64,000 nt of DNA, taken from Candidatus Omnitrophota bacterium. Its GTDB lineage: Bacteria; Omnitrophota; Omnitrophia; Omnitrophales; JACROU01. Positions 36,790 through 47,700 of this stretch are shown in pieces (positions within the stretch are counted from its first letter, which is position 1; each line of letters begins with the position of its first letter). The position numbers were made by a program, and so were the translations under genes. The stretch covers positions 16,063 to 80,062 of the forward strand of contig JAJDCD010000022.1 in assembly GCA_029261035.1 (NCBI GenBank), in the 5' to 3' direction. The notes below the pieces were generated by a model that ran no database searches, had not been told where the DNA came from, and saw only the letters and a list, made by a program, of their open reading frames with translations.

Positions 36790-38215
36790 GCCATTTCGTA
36801 TTACGATTGTAGGCAGCGGTGTTTCGGGTCTTGCGGCAGCTTACCGTTTAAAGGAGTTATCTCAAGAGAGAGGGATAGATATTCAAATCCAAGTTTTGGA
36901 GGCTTCTCCTGAGGTGGGTCCGGCAATTATGACCACACATCGCGAAGGTTTTTTGTTGGAGTCTGGACCAGACTCTTTTATTACAGAGAAACCATGGGCA
37001 ATGGACTTATGCAAACGTTTGGGTATCGAGACTGAGGTGATTAGTACTCAGAATCAATTCAGAAAAAGCTATGTTGTACGAAACAAGGCTCTACTGCCTG
37101 TTCCGGAAGGTTTTTATCTAATGGCTCCGGTGAAAATCAGTTCTTTTCTATCCTCTAAAATCTTTAGTTTGATGGGAAAAACACGAATGGTTTTGGAGTA
37201 TTTGATTCCAAAAAAGAAAAGTGATAAGGAAGAAAGTTTAACGCAATTTATTCATCGAAGGTTTGGAAAAGAAGCCTTAGAGCGTATTGTGCAACCTATG
37301 ATTTCTGGGGTTTATGCGGCAGATCCGGACCAGTTAAGTTTAAGAGCTACATTTCCTAAGTTCTTAGAAATGGAAAAAAAGTATGGAAGTGTGATTAGAG
37401 GGTTGAGAAAGAAAAGAAGAGAAGAAAGTAGCGAAAAAGCAAGCGGCGCCCGATATAGTTTATTCGCTTCTTTTAAAGGTGGAATGAGAACCTTGGTGGA
37501 TGCTCTAGTTAAAGCGTTGGGTTCAATGATGATTCGTACAGAGTGCTGCGTTGAAAAAATTGAAAAGAAAACAGGCTCCACATCTTGGCAGGTGTATCTA
37601 AAAGGTGGAGAAGTTTTAGATACAGATTATGTTGTTTTAGCTTTACCGGCAAATCGATGTTCGGAGATTTTAAAAAGTGTCGATCTTTCATTGGTGGATG
37701 AACTATCTGAATTTTCGTTTGGTTCTGTGGCGACTGTTAACCTGGCTTATGCACGAGAAGATATTAAACATTCTTTAGATGGTTTTGGGTTTGTGGTTCC
37801 CGCGGCAGAAAATATTCCTCTGGTTGGATGTACTTTTTCAAACGTCAAATATGAGGGAAGAGCTCCAAAAGGATTTGCGTTATTGAGAGCTTTTGTGGGA
37901 GGTGTTCAGAAACCAGATTGTCTTAATATGAGTGATGAGGCCTTAGAATCTCTAGCCCATGAAGAACTGTCTAAGCTTTTAGGAATTAAAAAGAAACCCC
38001 ATTTATCACAAATAGGACGTTATGATAAGGTAATGCCTCATTACTACTTAGGACATTTGGAGAGGGTGGAAAGAATAGAAAAGAGGGTTAGCCGCCACGA
38101 AGGATTAAGTCTAGTAGGCAACAGCTATCGAGGCGTTGGAATTCCAGATGCCATCCACAGCGGAGAACAAGCCGCAGAAGAAATTATAAAAAAATTAGCA
38201 ATAAGCATCCAATAA
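36782..38215 (+). CDS. hemY: FAD-dependent protoporphyrinogen/coproporphyrinogen oxidase (HemY type)
   Basis: GSGVSGL.AA, ESGPDSF, GFGFVVP, MPHY.LGH, GVGIPD. Confidence 0.9.
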   Translation: MSKPFRITIVGSGVSGLAAAYRLKELSQERGIDIQIQVLEASPEVGPAIMTTHREGFLLESGPDSFITEKPWAMDLCKRLGIETEVISTQNQFRKSYVVRNKALLPVPEGFYLMAPVKISSFLSSKIFSLMGKTRMVLEYLIPKKKSDKEESLTQFIHRRFGKEALERIVQPMISGVYAADPDQLSLRATFPKFLEMEKKYGSVIRGLRKKRREESSEKASGARYSLFASFKGGMRTLVDALVKALGSMMIRTECCVEKIEKKTGSTSWQVYLKGGEVLDTDYVVLALPANRCSEILKSVDLSLVDELSEFSFGSVATVNLAYAREDIKHSLDGFGFVVPAAENIPLVGCTFSNVKYEGRAPKGFALLRAFVGGVQKPDCLNMSDEALESLAHEELSKLLGIKKKPHLSQIGRYDKVMPHYYLGHLERVERIEKRVSRHEGLSLVGNSYRGVGIPDAIHSGEQAAEEIIKKLAISIQ

Positions 38216-38224
38216 ACCATAGCT

Positions 38225-38278
38225 TTTTATTTACAGCCTAAATTCTCTCATTTGGGCCCGGGCCTAAATGGAAGTTTT
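38225..38278. repeat. REP-like direct repeat, copy 1, flanking the RAYT gene
   Basis: ttttatttacagcctaaattct..CATTTGGGCCCGGGCCTAAATG.gaag with a near-perfect 22-nt palindrome (38249-38270). Confidence 0.75.
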
Positions 38279-38875
38279 TTAAAATAAAGAACGTTTTATG
38301 TCGGAAAGATGTTCTTGCTCTTCTTTGTGAATAGGTTGTTCATGAAACTCTTTTATGTCGGATAAGGCATATGACATGTTTTCATTAAACATTGAAAGTC
38401 CTCCTGTTGTATCTAAGTAGTTCCATTCAGGTAAAGTTTTAACGTAACTTCCGTAACTGGACCATCTATAATTTTCTGGAGATGTAACAATATTTGCTTT
38501 TACTGGATTGTTATGGATATATCGAAGTAAAACTTTTCCATAGAGGTTTTCATTTACTAATCTATATTTGTATCTTCCCTGAAATAATGGTCCTATACGC
38601 TTATATTTCGTATTAAAAAAACGTGAGTACGTTGATGTAATATGCCAGATAGCCTCACTTAAATTAGGAGATACTGTTTGGATGAACAGGTGAAAGTGAT
38701 TATCCATAAGGCAGAACGCAAATAGGTTTACGTTATACTTTTTTACACTTTCCGAGGTTGCTTTGAGAAACATTTTTCTATCATAGTCGTCAAAAAATAT
38801 TTCATGCTTATTTACACCTCTATTGTATATATGATAATAAGCCCCTGGGTATTTGATTCTAGCAAAATGAGTCAT
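38279..38875 (-). mobile_element. REP-associated tyrosine transposase (RAYT, Y1 HUH, IS200/605-like)
   Basis: YHIYNRG, CLMDNHFHL (HUH), GPLFQGRY, RYIHNNPVKA, YRWSSY. Confidence 0.9.
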
Positions 38876-38959
38876 AACGTATATTATTATAAATAATATA
38901 TAAATTTCAAATAATAAAATAAAAAATTGATAAAATATTCAAACAAGAGACCGATAAGT

Positions 38960-39015
38960 TTTTATTTTACAGTCTAAATTCTTGCATTTGGGCCCGGGCC
39001 TGTTTGGAAGGTTTT
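38960..39015. repeat. REP-like direct repeat, copy 2, flanking the RAYT gene
   Basis: ttttattttacagtctaaattct..CATTTGGGCCCGGGCCTgtttggaag; near-identical to 38225-38278. Confidence 0.75.
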
Positions 39016-39085
39016 GGGTGGTTTGGGTGTTTTAATTGAGGGGATAAGTAGCTAGTATGAAGGTTTTTTGCTAGAATGTGCGGCT

Positions 39086-40420
39086 ATGGATATAGTAAAA
39101 GAGAAAAATATAAAGGTTTCGATTAAGACTTTTGGTTGTCAGATGAATGAGTATGATACGGAGCTTGCTTCTGGTTTGTTGATGAAGCAGGGGTATCAGA
39201 TGACTTCCGATGAGACTGAGGCGGATGTTGCTATCCTGAATACGTGCAGTGTACGGGAGCATGCGGAGACGCGTGTTTTTGGGCGTTTGAGTCGTTTATG
39301 CTTTGAGAAGTCTAAATTTGGTCGTAATGTTGTTGTGGGTGTTATGGGTTGTATGTCTGAGAATTATAAAGGAGAGCTATTTGAGCGCTATCCTCAGCTT
39401 GATTTTATTGTGGGAACTCGTAATGTTAAAGATGTTCCTCGTATCGTAAAACAAGTGATTTCAGATAAAAAACGAGTGATGCTTTTGGAAGAAGAGGGTT
39501 TGGGTATTGAGTTTTCTGAATTCACCCAGCGCAAACACGCTTATCATGCATGGGTTCCTATCATGACAGGTTGTGATAAAGTTTGTACTTTTTGTATTGT
39601 GCCCAAAACTCGAGGTGCTGAAATTTCAAAGCCATCAAAGGATGTGATTGAAGAAGTTACGCGTCTTCGAGATCGAGGTTATAAATCGATTACGCTTCTT
39701 GGACAAAATGTAAATTCTTATGGTAAAGAGTTTGCTGATGGGGTTGGATTTCCTCAGTTGTTAGAACGGTTAGCTCAAATTGATGGAATCGAAATGGTTT
39801 CGTTTACAACAAGTCATCCCAGTGATGCTATTCCAGAACTTTTTGAAGTTATTCGAGATAATCCGGCTATTACGCGTCGTTTTCATTTACCTTTACAATC
39901 AGGCTCAGACCCTATTCTTAAAAAAATGAAACGACATCATAATATGGATCAGTATTTAGAAAAAGTGGAGCAACTTCGGAGTACGGTTCCGGGTGTGGAT
40001 ATCACCACAGATATCATTGTTGGTTTTCCGGGCGAGACGGAAGAGGATTATCAGGCGACAAAAGAAGCTCTACAGAAAATAGAGTTTGATGGGGCTTATA
40101 TTTATAAATATTCTGCACGTCCTGGGACGCCTGCTGCTGAAAACTTTGAAGATGATGTTGCTCTTTCTGACAAAAAAAGAAGAAATAGCGAGCTTCTAGA
40201 TATTCAAGATTGGATTTCTCAAAAGAAAAATCAAAATAGAATAGGCTCAACTCATAAAGTACTCGTGGAGAGAAAAAACTCTCGTGGGGAAGGTGAGGTT
40301 GTTGGGAGAACGTGGATTGATAAAAAGATCGTGTTTCCAGGAACAGAGGCTGTTGGAGATATTTGCGAAGTGAAAATTCAAAAGCTAGTGAATGACACCT
40401 TTTTCGGGGTGAAAGTATGA
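39086..40420 (+). CDS. miaB: tRNA-2-methylthio-N6-dimethylallyladenosine synthase
   Basis: TFGCQMNEYD, NTCSVRE.AE, GCDKVCTFC, LLGQNVNSYG, C-terminal TRAM domain. Confidence 0.95.
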   Translation: MDIVKEKNIKVSIKTFGCQMNEYDTELASGLLMKQGYQMTSDETEADVAILNTCSVREHAETRVFGRLSRLCFEKSKFGRNVVVGVMGCMSENYKGELFERYPQLDFIVGTRNVKDVPRIVKQVISDKKRVMLLEEEGLGIEFSEFTQRKHAYHAWVPIMTGCDKVCTFCIVPKTRGAEISKPSKDVIEEVTRLRDRGYKSITLLGQNVNSYGKEFADGVGFPQLLERLAQIDGIEMVSFTTSHPSDAIPELFEVIRDNPAITRRFHLPLQSGSDPILKKMKRHHNMDQYLEKVEQLRSTVPGVDITTDIIVGFPGETEEDYQATKEALQKIEFDGAYIYKYSARPGTPAAENFEDDVALSDKKRRNSELLDIQDWISQKKNQNRIGSTHKVLVERKNSRGEGEVVGRTWIDKKIVFPGTEAVGDICEVKIQKLVNDTFFGVKV

Positions 40421-41100
40421 GCGATCCTTCTTTCCCTATTGTGACCCCGGCGCAGATGAAAGTGTTAGAACGACGATGCGTGGAAGATTATGGTATCCCC
40501 AGCTTGATATTGATGGAAAACGCGGGGCGGAGTGTTTTTGAAGTGACTTGTGAGATGCTTAAAGATTCAGGATCTGAAAGCCATGTTAGTATTTTTGTAG
40601 GATCTGGAAATAATGGAGGAGATGGGCTTGTTGCGGGTCGTCATTTATTGAACTTTAATCTTGAGGTTGATTTTTTTGTATTTGCTGAGGAAGAGTCTAT
40701 TAAAGGAGATGCTTTAACAAATCTTCAAATTTTAAAGAAAATGAAAGCACCCATCCATTTTGTAAAAGATGTTGAAAGTGTAAAAGAAAAAGTTGCTGAT
40801 TCCCATTTAATTATGGACGCGCTGTTTGGGACGGGGCTTTCGAGAATAATTGAAGAGCCTTATTTTTCAGTTATCCAATTTATGAATCATTCGAATAAAC
40901 CTATTTTATCTGTTGATATTCCTTCAGGTCTTCATGGGGAGTTTGGAGAGGTTATGGGCTGTGCGGTAAAGGCAACTCGAACAGCGACACTCGGTCTTCC
41001 AAAAAAAGGTTTGTTTGAAAATGAAGGCCCTAAACATGTTGGAGACGTGATCTTGGGAGAGATTTCAATGCCCCGCGAGCTTTTTACGGGGTTTGAATAA
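40417..41100 (+). CDS. nnrE: NAD(P)HX epimerase (stand-alone YjeF N-terminal domain)
   Basis: LMENAG, GSGNNGGDG, DALFGTG, VDIPSG. Confidence 0.92.
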   Translation: MSDPSFPIVTPAQMKVLERRCVEDYGIPSLILMENAGRSVFEVTCEMLKDSGSESHVSIFVGSGNNGGDGLVAGRHLLNFNLEVDFFVFAEEESIKGDALTNLQILKKMKAPIHFVKDVESVKEKVADSHLIMDALFGTGLSRIIEEPYFSVIQFMNHSNKPILSVDIPSGLHGEFGEVMGCAVKATRTATLGLPKKGLFENEGPKHVGDVILGEISMPRELFTGFE

Positions 41101-41138
41101 TGAAAGCAACTTTTAGCTTTTAAAAAAACGAAAAAAAC

Positions 41139-41225
41139 AGATCCTTCGCTTCGCTCAAGGGTGACAATTTGTCTGTTCTCTTTGTCGTTAGATTGCCGCA
41201 GTTATTTTTTTTCCTCGCAATGACA
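41139..41225. repeat. Two half copies of the same REP-like family between convergent genes
   Basis: agatccttcgcttcgctcaagggtgaca and agattgccgcag...cctcgcaatgaca. Confidence 0.65.
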
Positions 41226-41232
41226 CATGCGG

Positions 41233-41544
41233 TCATAATTCCAAATATATTTTATCTTTCTCTATTTTCAGTTTATAAGTTTCGATGGGTGGGGCTGGCA
41301 TGTTGAGACATTCGCCTGACTCTAAATTGAAGAGCCATCCATGAAGAGGGCAGCGGACAGCAGGGCCATTTTCGGTTTCTCCACGATATAAAGGGCCTCC
41401 ACGGTGAGGACAAAAGTTATTAATGGCATAGGCTTTTTCTTTGTGCCAAATAAGAGCAATTTCCTTATCCTCTAATTCAATACAAAGACCTTTGTTTGTT
41501 TTTAGTTCACTTAAATCAGCAATATATTGCCGCTCTTGGGACAT
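41233..41544 (-). CDS. Rieske-type ferredoxin (NirD/dioxygenase ferredoxin-like)
   Basis: CPHRGGPL and CPLHGWLF. Confidence 0.88.
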   Translation of the reverse strand: MSQERQYIADLSELKTNKGLCIELEDKEIALIWHKEKAYAINNFCPHRGGPLYRGETENGPAVRCPLHGWLFNLESGECLNMPAPPIETYKLKIEKDKIYLEL

Positions 41545-41708
41545 TCTGAAATTCCTTATATTTTAAGTTCTTTAAGCATAAAGAGTTACATTTCTTCAAT
41601 ATACTAGGGTTTGATTTTTAGCTCTTTTTATGGTTTACTTGTCGTCAATATTTGTCTGTAATCCCTTATTTTCGGACGTTTTACGGCAAATATTAATTAC
41701 TTTCTTGC

Positions 41709-44700
41709 TTGGAGACTCAATTGAATTCAGACTCAAAATTAATAAAAGTTTTAGCATTTTTCATCTCTTTTTATTTTACACTTTTTTCAACCTTTTCTTA
41801 TGCTAAGGCAATCCCTGTAGCTCAAGTGGGTTCTTATGGGGATAATCCTTTAAGCATTTCTATTCCTTCTGAATTAGGAATACTCCGTAATAGTACCCCT
41901 ATTTTTCAAAAGAAGGGTATTATTTTTCATATTCAAGACGCGCATGGGCAATTAGAAGCTCAAGAGAATATTGAGAAATTACTCCACTACTTAAATTCTG
42001 AGCACAATGTAAATCTAATTTTTATGGAAGGAGCTCTTCAGGGAAGTGTTTCAAAAGACTTACTTCGTTTTTACTCCGAGCCAAAAGCGAATGAAAATGT
42101 TGTGGAGCAATTACTTGAAAAAGGGTTGATTGGTGGTGCTGAAAAATTCTTAGTTAATTCGGATAAAGAAACAAAAGGTTTTGGGGTAGAAAATAGTTCT
42201 CTTTATAGAGAAAATTTAGAATTATTTAGAGATGTATATAAATATCGAAAGATCACAGATATTTTCTTAAGCCAGTTTAGAAGTCGAATTGATTTGCTCT
42301 CCACTCATTATTTCAATTCGGACTTAAGAAAGTTTGTTATGGAGTGGTTGAAATTTTCTCGGAAAGAAAATCTTCAATACCGTTTTATTCAATTTTTAAA
42401 TAAATCATCAAAAAAATATCTAAACCTTGATTTAAATAACCCTCGAACCCAACTCCGTTACCCCCAATTAACGCGCTTCTTCACACTAAAGAAACTTGAA
42501 GAAGAGTTGAAGGGTGAGGATGCTCAAAAAGATTTAAAGGTTGAGAAAGTAAAATTTAATAATTGGCTTACTAACAAAGATATTTCTTCTGAGACTCAAA
42601 ATTTATTTAAACTGTTATTAGATTTTCATTCCTTATCTTCTGTTTCGAATATTAAATTTGATATTCGAAAAACTCTCGAAATCTTTTATACTCAAGCTTC
42701 TAAGAAAGGCTTTCAATTTCAAGATTATCCTCAGTTAACACGTGTTATAGGCAGTCTAATGTTATCTCAAGAACTTCAAGCGACGCAGTTGTTTTTAGAA
42801 GTAGAAGGTGTGTCTGAAGCTATTCTGGGAAAGTTAACGCAATCTGAGATAGAGAAAGATTTAGTCGGTTTAATCAAAAAATACTTATCCTTAAAAAAAC
42901 TTTTTGCTTTGGAATTAACGCGTGAAGATTGGAGAAAGATAAATTTATATGGAATTCATTTAATTGCACCTGAAGAATTAGTCTCTTCTATTCATGGAAC
43001 GGTTGAGTCTAAACGTATTGAAGAGTTGAAAGTAGATTTTGAAATTAAAGAAGCTTTTGAGAAAGCGACGCAATTTTATGCAGTAGCTGAAAAGAGAGAG
43101 TCTGTGATTGTTGAGAGTGTTCTCATCAATACAAAAGAGAATCAAAATGCTGTTCTGGTTACCGGAGGTTTTCACTCTGGAGGTTTGAGAGACTTGGTGG
43201 AGAAGGGAAGAAAGACTTTTATTGAGATAACGCCTAAAGTCACTCATTTAAATTCGGATCATACCTATTTAAATCAGATGTTGCTCTCTGATGTGTCTAC
43301 AGTTCCGTCCCTTTCTTTGGGGAAGCTATCATTACCTCAAATTGACCGTAATTTTGGGAGTGAGTCAGGACGATATGTGTTATCACAGCTTATGCCTATT
43401 CTTTCTCGTACAGATGGGAGATCAGGAATAGCCTTTGATGTTCATGGTATTAAACCGACGCATCGGTTGGAGCAACCTCAATTACAGACTGTAAGTGTTG
43501 CAGCCTCTTTAGGGAATAACTATCTAGAAAATGCTTTCTTTAAGTCTGCTCGTTTTGTTTCTCGAATACTGCCAACAACTTGGAAAGAAGATATTAAGAG
43601 TGTAATTTTTAGAAGGTTAGCTAAAAACCTTAAGAAGGCTATAGTGGAGTTTGCGATTCAATATGAAGATTTACATCCAGGAGCTCAAATTGATAAACCA
43701 ACGAAAGAGATGCAAGAAGCTTTCTTGAAAATTGCGAGACCCTTAGTGGAGAAGTGGTCTTCTAAACTTAAAAATAAACTTCGTTATCGTTTTCTTTTAC
43801 CTCTTGTTTTGAATTACCCTGAAGGGGATGAGGAGTACCGTAGAAATTCTATTTTTATAGATAAGGATACGGGATTTGGAATTTTTACTCATGTTTGGAA
43901 AAAGGACGGAAAAACTTTAATTCATAATCATGATGGAACTATGGCGCTGTTGATGCCTTTTACCAATGAGATGAAAGAGGAAGTGTATCAATTGGTAGAA
44001 AAACCCAAGTCTCCGGAGTGGGATAAACAAATACATGACTTAGAGATGATTGAAGAAAGAAAATTAGGATTGGGTACCGTTGCAAGTTTTACAAGAGGTC
44101 AACGGTCGATTCATCGAGTGAAGAACTCTTCTCCTTCGAGAGAAGGGCTTGTGATGGAGATTTACGTTTGGATGGAAAGTAATCCTCCAAAACAAGTGAA
44201 TGTTCCTATTCCTGTTTGGGGAGAAGAAAAAGCACATTTTATTTTGAGAGAAGAAGCCGGTAAATTAGCAGTTCCGTTACACCAGACTTTAAAACCGCAC
44301 TCGGGACAGTTGATAAGACCGGAAATGGTAGGAGTTTTTGTTGATCATTTGAAGCTGCAAATGGAAGAGTATGCGCAGAAGGGGAAGGTGTACCCCATAT
44401 TTATATTTGATGGAAAACAAATTTATGTTTTTGAAGATGTAGAGAAAGCTTTTGAGTGGTATTACGAATTAGATCCCGCAAACAGACCTGATGTTTATAT
44501 TAAGCTTACAGAAGAACAAGAGTATGCTTTTCTGGATGCCTCAAATGTGAATTTCCATCAAGAATCATTAGGCTCGAGTTTGGGGTTATCTGTTACAGAA
44601 GAAGTGCAAGAGAAGGCGGAGCTCTTTCGTACTTTGAAAGGTGTTGGAGATGTTGAATTCATTGATGCTTTTATACAGAATGTTTACTATTCTTTACTGG

Positions 44701-47700
44701 ACTCACCTCCAAGTGAAATAGTTGTAGACCCCGAAAATTATCAAGAGGGCCCTTCTTTGTTTGTTGACTATCGTGAGAAATGGTTAAAACACTTTGAAGG
44801 TTATTTTGATATAGCGACTCTTCTACAAGACGCTACTCCTGAATTTATCGACTACATGAAAGCTATTTTATTAAAGATGTTTTTTGAAAGATTTCCCGAG
44901 GTGGATAATCTGCCTGTTAGAGCTATTGAAGAGTTGGTGTATGAGTTCATTCGTTTGATTACTGGAATGCCAGAAGTAATGTCTTTCTTTAAAATGCGCG
45001 CACTTAGAGTCGGGGTGCACGAATTGCCTTTGCTTCATTTGAATAGTTCTGCTACGAGTAACGCGAGAGAGATGGGACACTATCTGATGGGTTTTGCCGC
45101 TCAAGCAAACATAGCGACCTCAGATGATTTTCGAGCTGCTGGAATAGATATGTATGAAACAGAGCAAAGAATGAAAAGAAATACTACTTTTGATGAAGAT
45201 CAAAAACAGGATTTAATTGAAGAGCCCTTTGCGAAATATGCCATGAGAATTAGAGAGGTTCAACCTAAGTTTTCGATTGATGCTCGGAATCCTCTGTTAA
45301 ACCGTTTGTTAGAAAGAAATGAGGAGGATGAGATTAAATCAAAACAAATTCTCTACTTCTTAGATAATACCATGGAATCCATTTTTGATTTAGGTCTGAT
45401 CCGTTGGATGATACAAATGGGTCATCAGGTTACTTTAGTAGCAAAAGAAAAAGAAGCTGATAATGATATGACTGTTGATGATGTTAATTTGCTATTAAGT
45501 TTAGAGCAAGTAAAAGACTTTTTCAAAGACATTGATATTCAGGAAAAGATAAAAGTAATTTCAAGCGGTTCTGCAACTAGAGGAACAAACCTCAGAAGAG
45601 CAACTCCAGTCTTGGTAGAAGCATGGCAACAAGCAGAGATTATTATTTCAAAGGGAGAGGGGAATAGAGGAACTCTTCAAGGTGTTAATAAGGATGTGTA
45701 TCACTTCGTGATGGCAAAACAAGGACATGAAACTCCTGGGATCCATCAAGGAACCATAGCTGTTGAGCATGTTTTGGCAGCAAAGAAAACAGAAGCTTCA
45801 AGCTTAGGGGTTGAGAATGTTGATGACTCGATGCAGGAATTTATCCTCCGCTATTTAGAGCCTAAATTACCATCGCCTCAAATTGTTGCAAAGCCTAAAC
45901 AGTACCGAATGACATCAAATGTGTTTTCATCTACCCATCCAGAGATTAAGGAAAAAAGAATCGCAAATACTTTTCTCTATTTAGAGATGATGATGCAAGG
46001 GCTGTCGGCAGAAACACAAGAGAAGAACAGATTGCTACTAAAACGTTTCATGGATAGACCGGAATTGGAAGGGGTTAATTTAAGGCTCTTTTCTTTAATT
46101 GTTTATGATTTTATAAAAATTTTGACTGAAAGAAAAGAAGGTTTAAGTAATGCAAAAAAAGAAGCTTATTCTATTGTCCTAGACATTTTGCATATATCGA
46201 AACATGAGTTTGAAGGTTTGGAAAGCGCACGCGAACAAGGGGCTTTAGCTATTGATTTTGCTACGCGCGGAAATCAAACAACTTACCGTACTTTTTTAGA
46301 AATATCTCAAGGATCTATTCCAACGATAGGTTATCGTGCTCACATGATGGCGCTTACGAATGAACCTTTGGCTTGGTCTGTGGATGATCGTTCTGAATTG
46401 TTAGACCTCTTGTTAGAATCAGAAAAAGGAAAGGTGAAGTCGAAGCATGTACTTTATCTTCTGGATAATGTCATAGAAGATGTTTTTGATTTAATATTAG
46501 TTCAGTGGCTCCTTGAACAAGGCCACACAGTTACTCTTGTTGTTAAAGAATTAGAAGCTGGAAATGATACGACCTTTGAGGATATAAACTATTTAATTCA
46601 ACAAGAAAAGGTTTTGGAGTATTTAAAACAGAGTGGAAACGTTTTTAATATTAATATCGTTTCTAGTAAGTCTGCAACGCATGCAACAGATTTGCGTTTT
46701 GTGACAGAAGAAGATAATCTGGGGCTATATCATTCTTGGCTTGCTGCAGATGTGATTATAGCTAAGGGAGAAGGTAATCGTGGAGCTTTGCAGGGAATCC
46801 ATAAAGATTTTTTTAGTTTAGTAAATTCAAAAGCAGGTTACGAAACTCCTGGAATCAAAAAAGGGACACGTGCTGTTGAAAGAAATTTAGGATACCAATC
46901 TAGAACAGCTCTCCGTTCTACTGTATTTCAACACATAAACGGAATTGTTTTAGCTCCCGTGATGAACTCTTTAGCGAAGAGGGGTGTTTTTAATTTGTTC
47001 AGACCTTCAGAAGGTGGATATGAAGAGGTTTCGGAAATGGGTGAAACTCGAGCTGAAACCATGGATGAAGATGAAGCGTTAGACGATGCAGGTCTTTCTA
47101 GAGTTTTAACTTTAAAACAAATCGCGGAAAGTCGATTTGCAAATCGTGCTATTGTTGAGGGTAACCCTGAGGATAATATGGGTAATCTTTATGGAGCTCT
47201 TCGGATGTTGGCTCTTCAAGGTTGGCTCACGATGGAAGGGGTCGATGAGGAGACAAAGTTTGCGTTAACAGAGCAAGGTTGGAAAGCTGTTGGCTTAGCT
47301 GAAAAAGGGACGTATATACCTTCAGTAGAAGCTGTGTCTAACTTAAATCAATTATATCGTTTAATCCGAGGTCCTCCCGCCGGCTTAGGAATGTTGTTTA
47401 GACAAAAATCTGAAAATGATGAGCAATTAAAAAGCTATAAAAAATTAATCCAATTGAGTAAAAAGAATTGGGGTATAAGAGGTGCGAAGTACTCTATTGA
47501 AGAACGTGTTTACCAGCAAGTGGTTAAGCAGATGGACGGGATGTTGTTGGGGCCAACCTTTGTTGCTTTGGCTATGCCTTTATATGAAGAACGAGGCGAA
47601 AAAATAGAAAAAACGGGGCCCTCCTTTTTTGAGCACTTTGATCCAGAAACACACACGCTTGATTTAACAACGTTAAAGGGATCCTTTCACCCTGAGTTTT

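Noticed and set aside
41233-41544. Rieske ferredoxin as NirD of an NADH nitrite reductase completing the nitrate pathway
   Set aside because: No nirB in the window, no Crp box noticed, and the gene lies outside the island; function left unassigned.
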